NCBI GenBank assembly: GCA_012295275.1
Contig: CM022667.1
Span: 15,872,001 to 15,936,000 of the forward strand
Length of the DNA stretch: 64,000 nucleotides
DNA from: Chrysomallon squamiferum
Lineage: Eukaryota > Animalia > Mollusca
Direction: 5' to 3'
The position numbers were made by a program, and so were the translations under genes. The notes under the pieces were generated by a model that did not search any database, was not told the origin of the DNA, and was given only the letters and a program-made list of their open reading frames with translations. Below, piece after piece: positions 56,549 through 64,000 of the stretch. Position 1 is the first letter of the stretch. Every line of letters starts with the position of its first letter.

Positions 56549-58589
56549 TATATTAAAAAAAACCTATTTTTTATTTTTTAAAAACGTCTAAGATGAAAAG
56601 AATAATAAAAATATTCTGTATTATCTTTCGTTCGCATTGAAAATAAATTTCAATGGCTATATTTAGGTTTCTGCTATTTTTTTTTTTTCTTTTAAACTGC
56701 AATAGCATAGGCTTTTACAGAATGAACCTATTCAACATTAATTAAATAATAAAAATGTATCAGTACAATTTACCTATTGGGGATTTAATGTTGAATAAAG
56801 GAATTATGATAATAACGTTATGGTAATGACATTGATGATGCTGATGAACCATAACAGCGGTAGCGGCAGCAACACCAACAACAATAAATGGTGTCACAGT
56901 TATCACTGAATAAAAACGTGATTCCAATGCTCCTTTCCACACGTGTTCTCGTTTTGCAGTTCGGTGCACGTTAACGGTGTCAAGGTCATGCATATTACGT
57001 GTCACTTGCACAATGTTAATTGATTCAAAGAAATACCAGAAATGGGTTCAAACTGGTGACATCGAACGCTCACATACTGTTCTTCTGTAGTCTGCTTTTG
57101 GTCTAATTCCAATGCTTAGTGCGAAAATATGTTTCAAAGATTGTGTGGTATGTCGTATCTAGTCTTTGAAAAAAAAAAAAAAAAAAACCAATATAAAAAA
57201 AAATGTCTTGCTGAGTTTATTGATCATTTTAGAAATATATAACAACTGTCGTATACAATACAAGCTTAAACAAGTTTAAACAAAAATCAATTTAAAAAAA
57301 AAAAAAATGTTTTGGTATGTATGTAAGTATATGTATATAATTACATGTATGCATGTAAGTATGTATGTATGGATGTACGTATGTATGTATATATGTATGT
57401 ATGTATGTATGTATGTTTGTGTGTGTATGTGTACGTATTATATACGTATATGCATGTATGTGTATTATATATGTGTTGGTACACGTGTACATAAGTATGA
57501 CGTATGTAAAAGTGGGTAATTTCTGATATAAATGACTTCCACTGTATAGATTTTTGTGTGGATATATCGAAATAATTTAACTTATTCTTTTCTCATCATT
57601 ACTGTGGGCAGAGCTATCTTTTGTCAGTGAAATCCACATAAAGGGTTTTAGTTGAGAACTCTTGGGGGAATGAACAATATGCAAGTAACATTTGGCACAA
57701 AACGTGCAGTGAAATTATGCACACGCAACACTTATTTGAAATTCATTGCGCAACGAAATACAATGGTATTGATTTGCATTGTTCCACCATATCGGCATAA
57801 TCGTATATCTATCTTTCTGTCCGTTTGTCTGTCTGTCTGTCTAACCGCTTGTTGTCTCTCTATATACGGGAATGGATGTGGGTGAATATCGATGTATGTA
57901 TACATTCATATATGCACTCTTTACGCACACATACACACATATAATATATATGTGTGTATATGTATGTGAGTGTATATAAAATGCGTGCATGTATGAATGT
58001 ATATATACTTCGAAATTCACACACACGTACATACATATATACATATGTATACATATACATATGTATGTAGGTATGTAAGTACATTGATACCATCGAGTGT
58101 GTATCAGTAAATAAGTGTGCTTGTCAAAATTAACATTAATTTATCATTTTTACGTGATGCAGCTTTGTGCAATATATTTAACACAATTTATATGATATGC
58201 TTTTGTGAAGTATTTCAATATAATGTAGTGCCTTTGAATTAATATGTGATCCAATATCGTGCAATACAATACAGAATTAAAACAAAGGGTAATAAGATAT
58301 ACAAAACGTATGTCAAGATACAAAATGTATAATTCTTTAATAAGATCAGACGTGTATTACGATATGATATGTAGTACAGTATAATATATGGTAAAATGGC
58401 TCAAATTGGTATGGTGCAATGTGCTGTGGCATGGCAAGACAAAACCCTATTGAATAGTAGGGCATGGCATCGTACTGTATGTTATAGTGTTATACGTTAC
58501 AGAATGGGTATGATGGAAATATGGTATGGCTTGGTGTGGTTTGTAATTGTAGTTTATGGTATTGCACGGTTTCACAAGACAGGGTTTAG

Positions 58590-58645
58590 TTCGGCAAAGT
58601 GTGGCATGATGTGGCATGGTGTGGCATGGTGTGGCATGGTGTGTC
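58590..58645. repeat. Degenerate pentanucleotide repeat (TGGCA/TGGTG)n
   Basis: gtggcatgatgtggcatggtgtggcatggtgtggcatggtgt inside a longer decayed 5-mer tract (~58380-58645). Confidence 0.8.
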
Positions 58646-59416
58646 CAAAAGAATTGATTTGTTGTGCTACACAGCGCTGTTTGTGCCACAGATTAGTTCC
58701 AGTGACAGCAAAATAAGAAGACAATGCAATAATGAATAGATAAAAATTAAAACTTTAAAAAAATAATAATAAAAAATAAAACATTCCCAACCGATTTCTT
58801 GTTCTTGTTCTTGTTCTTATTTTTTTTTTTCCTTTCTTTTTTTAAGTAGAAAATAATACTCTTATCTTGTTACATGTCAATAAATTACTTCAAGTATTGT
58901 TTATCGAATTACCGTGTCGCTCTAGTTTTTAATCTGTACTTCTAGATTGTTCCTCACGGAAGACACTACTTGTTCGCGTTTTAAAGACATTTTATTATTG
59001 CTAATCGTAATATTTAGTAATTTTATTACGCAATAAATACACTTATTTAGTATATATATGATAACTTTAAATTAAAAAATAAAGAAAAACAATAAAAAGA
59101 AAGACAGGTTTACAGCAAGGTAAAAGAAAAGTTTCTAGAAATGAAAATAGCATTAATGAATGCACACTCGTTTGCAGATATATTCACATATTAGAAGTGG
59201 AAGAAGAAGAAGAAGAAAAAAAAAAAAAGAAAGAAAGAAAAAGGAAAATAAAAGTGTTTTGATTTAAAGTGTGCCTCTGTTGAAACGAATGGTCTAAATA
59301 TACTGTGAATACATCCTAGTTCTGCTTTGTTTATTTTAGCATGAAATCTTTATTAATAATGAAGTATACCGAAGTAATGAAGTAAACAGTAAAGTCTTAA
59401 TATAATGCTGCATTCG

Positions 59417-59518
59417 TGACGTCATTACCTGCAGAGTGCCTTCAAGTGATGTCAGAAACAGAACAAAAACACACACACAAGCATCCACTGAGAGTCTGAC
59501 GGATACGTGATGACGTCA
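59417..59518. promoter_or_regulatory. Paralogous CRE pair TGACGTCA, with a further site at 60021-60028
   Basis: Exact motifs at 59417-59424 and 59511-59518; inverted homologue of 11602-11724. Confidence 0.4.
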
Positions 59519-61463
59519 CAACTCTTATTGATGAGGAATAAAATGCATCGTTCAAGTGTATTGTAAAAGTATTGTGTTATTGTTATACTTTGTTATGAGC
59601 CATGACAGCTCGCGCAGAACAATAAAATAATAACTCGAAAAAATAAATAATTTAATGAGATCATTCACTCGTACAGCAACATGCTCTTTAAAGAATAAAT
59701 GCAATATCTGTTGTACTATTAGAATATGAAGCTAATAAAATTCGCCAAATGTTGAGGTTATTAACATACAGTTGTATTAAACGTACGTTATTGCTTAATT
59801 GCATGAATATTTAATTAATACAACGAAAACAATGTGATTGATTTTATGAATAGTGCTTGCAGCTATAGTTACAAATACAGCGCCAACTGCTGTTAAACGC
59901 AATCTGTTAATTATATTATTTATTTCATCTATATTAACATGATGATGGAAAATTCCATTGTTGCGGTTTTCTTAATTAATACTGCTATTGGTACTTTTAA
60001 GCAGTCACCATTTCTGTCTGTGACGTCATTTCAGCTGGATGTTAGTGGACGGAGCCTGCAAAGGAATCAAGTATCTGATTTCATCAAAAAAATTAATGTA
60101 TTCGTCTTCATCGTCATCATCACCATCATTACAAAGCTATGACTTTTTCGTTTTGTTTTGTTTTTTGTTTGTCTGTAATATTATATAATGCAGCAGATTT
60201 CACAACGTTAAACAAAAACTCTTATTTGCCATCAGTACTATTTAAAATTACAACACAAACATACATACGAACGAACAACAGACGCCTATACAGTAGACAT
60301 TGTTAATTGTAAGGCTAAAGATTTTTCTTCTTCTTCTTAAATTCTTTACACTCTGATAACAAATTCATCTCTTGTTGCCACTAGGAGACAGACTCCACAC
60401 TTCTTTTGTGTGTGTGTTATTATTTTATCTATATGATCACGTGAACAGATGACAGTGAGACGCCCTGATGGAAAAATAAAAGTAGGCCATTGGATTCTCC
60501 CAGTAAAAATCCAATTTGAAAGTTGATTATTGGAAATTCCCAACTGGCTTGTCAAAAATTTTGTCATGATTATTTTTATGTGCTTTAGTTAAACGTATGT
60601 ACGTACACAAGAACACACAAAACACACACACACACACACATACACACACACGCATACACAACTATTTCAGAATATTCTGGTGTAATGTCATAATATCAAA
60701 AAATAATATCAAAAAATGTTTCCCATTATGATCCATGTTACCATCTTGCCCACCCAGACCATACGCCCATGATATGTGTGTTTGTGTGCGTAACACGCAC
60801 ACTTTATTATTTATAATATAACTTGTTATTTACGTCCAATCCTTATTCATCCATGCAATAAAGCATTTATACGTACGTACATACATACATACATACATAC
60901 ACACATACATATACATGTACACACAGACACACTCCAGCATATATACATATATGCATGCATGCTTAATTACTGATTCATGATCTAACTTAACGGTAACTTC
61001 CATTACCCAAAAGTACTAACAGGGAAATTCCCACAAACGTTTGGCAGTGTTCTATTAACGGTCTATTTACGCCTGCTCTATTTTTACCGCGGAAACCACA
61101 CCATCTGTCGACCTCGATTTCGCTGGCGTAAGAGGTCGGGTCCAAAGTCTACCAGTACTCTATAAGCGTTTATTTTTTATATTTTTTTTTTTTTTTAAAC
61201 CATGTTATTAATATCGGTCAGGTGCGATCGTCCTTGTAGTGGGGCTTTTGTTTGTTTCTATTCTTTTTGTTTATTTGTTGTTGTTGTTTTAGTTAAATGG
61301 GTAAAATAAATGATGCATCTCTTATTTCAGGCAATATGTCGAGAAATTATCTTGAAAAGTCCAGCAATTTACTTGTTGCCTGATTTTGCACATTACCTGT
61401 AACATGTATATATATTATATAATCATATACATCTGTATATCTATCTATGTGTGTGTGTCTCCC

Positions 61464-61509
<46 letters not shown>

Positions 61510-61646
61510 GTTAATATTTCTTTATTCAGTATAATGATTACGAAATACGTATGTAAGTGCAGTTAAGTATTACAGGCAAGATGGTGTCACATCAAAACGC
61601 AAAACACTGAGTAATACGTTATTAATATACTGGGGAGAATACACGC

Positions 61647-61693
<47 letters not shown>

Positions 61694-61842
61694 TGTTAAT
61701 GTTTCTTTATTCAGTATAATGATTACGAAATACGTACGTAAGTGCAGTTCTTTATTACAGGCAAGATGGTGTCACGAAAAACGCAAAACACTAAGTGCAC
61801 GTTATTAATATACTGGGGGGAATACATGTCATATATGTGTGT

Positions 61843-61919
<77 letters not shown>

Positions 61920-61925
61920 TGTGTT
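61510..61925. repeat. Tandem duplication of a ~185-bp unit bounded by (GT)n tracts
   Basis: gttaat.tttctttattcagtataatgattacgaaatacgta...tactgggg.gaataca at 61510-61650 and 61696-61830. Confidence 0.9.
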
Positions 61926-62309
61926 ATACATCAGGACTACAGAAGAAAATATAAAGGTTAGCCTTCAGATATATTTGCACATCATTTGTTAGTAATCTTC
62001 CACGAAGCAAAGTATATAATTCGAAATTATGAGATGTGGTGTGTGTGTGTGTGTTTTATTTATACACATATATATATGCGTGTGTGCGTGTGTGTCACTG
62101 TGTGTCATCCATTATTCACTACTAACACCAATTCTTATAAAGTAAAACGAAACTAAAAGAAATACTATTTACATATATAATTTACACAAAGACAAATTTT
62201 CACAAACACACAGAGGTATGGTGAATATTTGCTAGCACTCTTAGGAGGTAGGACTGACTGACTGTATCTTCGAGATCGAGGTAATGATTGCAGTATTTGT
62301 ATTATTATT

Positions 62310-62572
62310 ATTACTAGTAGTAGCAGTAGCAATAGTAGTAGTGATAGAGTTGTAGTAGTAATAGCAGTAGTACTAGTAGCAATAGTAGTATTTGTAGTAG
62401 TGACAGTAGTAGAAGGAATAGTAGCAGTAATAGTAGTAGTAGTAGTAGTAATAATAGTAAAAGTAGATAGTACTAGTAGCAATGATAGCAGTAGTAGTAG
62501 TAGTAGTAGTAATGGTAGTAACAGTAGTACTAGTACGTAGTAGAAATAGTAGAAGTAGTAGCAGTAGTAGTA
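62310..62572. repeat. Degenerate (TAG)n trinucleotide tract
   Basis: Directly visible; accounts for the low-complexity ORFs at 62165-62668. Confidence 0.95.
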
Positions 62573-63324
62573 TTTCTTCATTTCTTTCTTCTTCATTTTT
62601 TTTTTTTTTTTTTTTATGAAACTTTTGTATACTGTCACACAAAAAATGGTACCGTCAGAAATCTTCATGGATCGATAGTTACTAAAAATGTGTCAAGGTC
62701 ATACCCTAGTGTTCTAAAATTAATGAACCAAGTTCCAATTTTCGATCAATTCATATTCAGTTTTCTAAAAGGCTCCGACCAAAGATAATTAAGAAGAGGA
62801 TGAAGTGAAAGAAAACAAAGAAGAAATAGAAGGAAAAGGCTACGACAAAAATAAGAAAAAATATGATGATGAAAAAGAAGTATAAGAAAGAGAAATTATA
62901 AGAAGCAAAACAAAATTAAAGAACAAGGAAATATAAGTAGAAGTAAAAAAAACAGATGAAGAAAAGATCAGGAAAAAAAAAGGAAACATAGAAGAAACGA
63001 AAAGTATAACTTGAATTATTGTGAGGATTGTTTTCACGATCGCAGGATCACTGCTCATGTGTTGTCGATTTTGTTGTTTTCCTCCTTCAGTGGATAGACA
63101 CTGATGTTAATTTTGCTTTCCTTTTAATGTGCCGTTGTTTATAATTATGTGTCTGTCGATTTGTCAGTCTCTCTCTCTCTCTCTGTCGCTCTCTCACACA
63201 CACGCACACACAAACGCACGCAGACACACACACATACGCACACACCCATAGACATACACGCTCCAGTTATCTGACAATTTTGCACGCCTTATCTTTCTTT
63301 TATTTCTTCTGCATACATTCGTGA

Positions 63325-63534
63325 TATAAAAGCAAATATATGCATAAAGTGTCATCTGACTTTGCTTGTATTTCATTCGATGTACATTCTATGTCAACAA
63401 AACGTGATTGTCAGAAGCGCTCAAGCGAGATGTTGTACAGTGCAGAAGAAGATAATCACTAAAACTAAATTCTAGCTAAAGGTTACAGAAATTAGTATCA
63501 AAGACCTTTGCTGTTAAACTGACTTAGGCTGAAG
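63325..63534 (+). promoter_or_regulatory. Core promoter and non-coding exon 1 (~63375-63534) of a further + strand SLC26 unit extending beyond the window
   Basis: Homologous to rc 27695-27905: CATAAAG at 63343 (plus TATAAAA at 63325), Inr TCATTC with +1 at 63375, GAAG|GTATGA donor at 63535. 63810-63990 matches window positions ~5-155 (intron 1 of copy A). Confidence 0.65.
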
Positions 63535-64000
63535 GTATGATAACTTTTGTTTTCTGGGTTTTTTTTAAATTTTGATTGTTTTTTTCAAATTCTAATTATG
63601 ATTGTTTTTGTTTTTATAATTAGCAAAATTATTTTTTATTTTAAAACTTTCCATTTCTAATTATAATTTTTTCTTTAAATATTAAAATTATTTTAACTCT
63701 TCTTTGTTCTAATCATTTCTTACTCGTAAAATATTATATCATCTGTTTTGTAATTAAAAGACCTTTCTGCTATGTTTTATAGACTTTTCTTTTATCTTTC
63801 TTCTTTCTCCTTTGTTTTGCACTATTTTTAAATTTGTTAAGAACTGTTGTTTATATTTTTAATGGAACGTTCCTTCAGTATTAATTGTTAATAACAAAAT
63901 GTTGTGGGAAAGATTGATCTGCATCTTGAAAAGTGAGTGAAAAACGAAAAAAATACAAAGAGTTTGGCACTTCAAATTAATTCTTTGTTTTAGTATATGA

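Larger units (their letters stand above)
46420..59580 (+). pseudogene. Ghost SLC26 unit: intron fragment joined to 3'UTR and downstream flank, coding exon absent
   Basis: 46420-47140 is the reverse complement of the copy B intron (20150-20930). 47255-47350 and 48050-48230 match 3'UTR 8200-8390. 48850-48965 matches 8450-8590. 51780-55720 matches the downstream flank, and 56600-57150 plus 59300-59580 match the spacer in reverse complement. Confidence 0.75.

Overview
AT-rich, microsatellite-dense eukaryotic genomic DNA. A mollusc-like invertebrate is my inference; the taxon cannot be fixed from the sequence alone. Almost the whole window is built from rearranged copies of one ~15-20 kb unit carrying an SLC26/SulP (prestin/pendrin-like, TM + STAS) anion-transporter gene. 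Copy A (+; start micro-exon 2500-2526, main exon 5701-7813) has a single +1 frameshift in the STAS variable loop. Copy B (-; 24253-24279 + 17128-19239) is intact at 712 aa. A and B sit tail-to-tail in a ~27 kb imperfect palindrome with a ~1.2 kb spacer. Their CDSs are nearly identical, including synonymous sites, while introns and flanks are clearly diverged, which suggests gene conversion. A four-exon gene model can be read directly: TATA + Inr, non-coding exon 1, 40-nt non-coding exon 2, 31-nt start-codon micro-exon, and one 2.1-kb coding exon. Copy B has a tandemly duplicated promoter/exon1/exon2 cassette. Further along are an internally deleted pseudogene (41175-41315), a unit whose coding exon is missing (46.4-59.6 kb) and which carries a decayed FLYWCH-MULE transposon, and the promoter + exon 1 of another + strand copy at 63.3-63.5 kb that runs out of the window. 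Both proteins carry unusual anion-pocket motifs (GTNAV for G[PT]FAV; APPRS for SLSRS). All alignments were done by eye, so coordinates of non-coding homology blocks are approximate.
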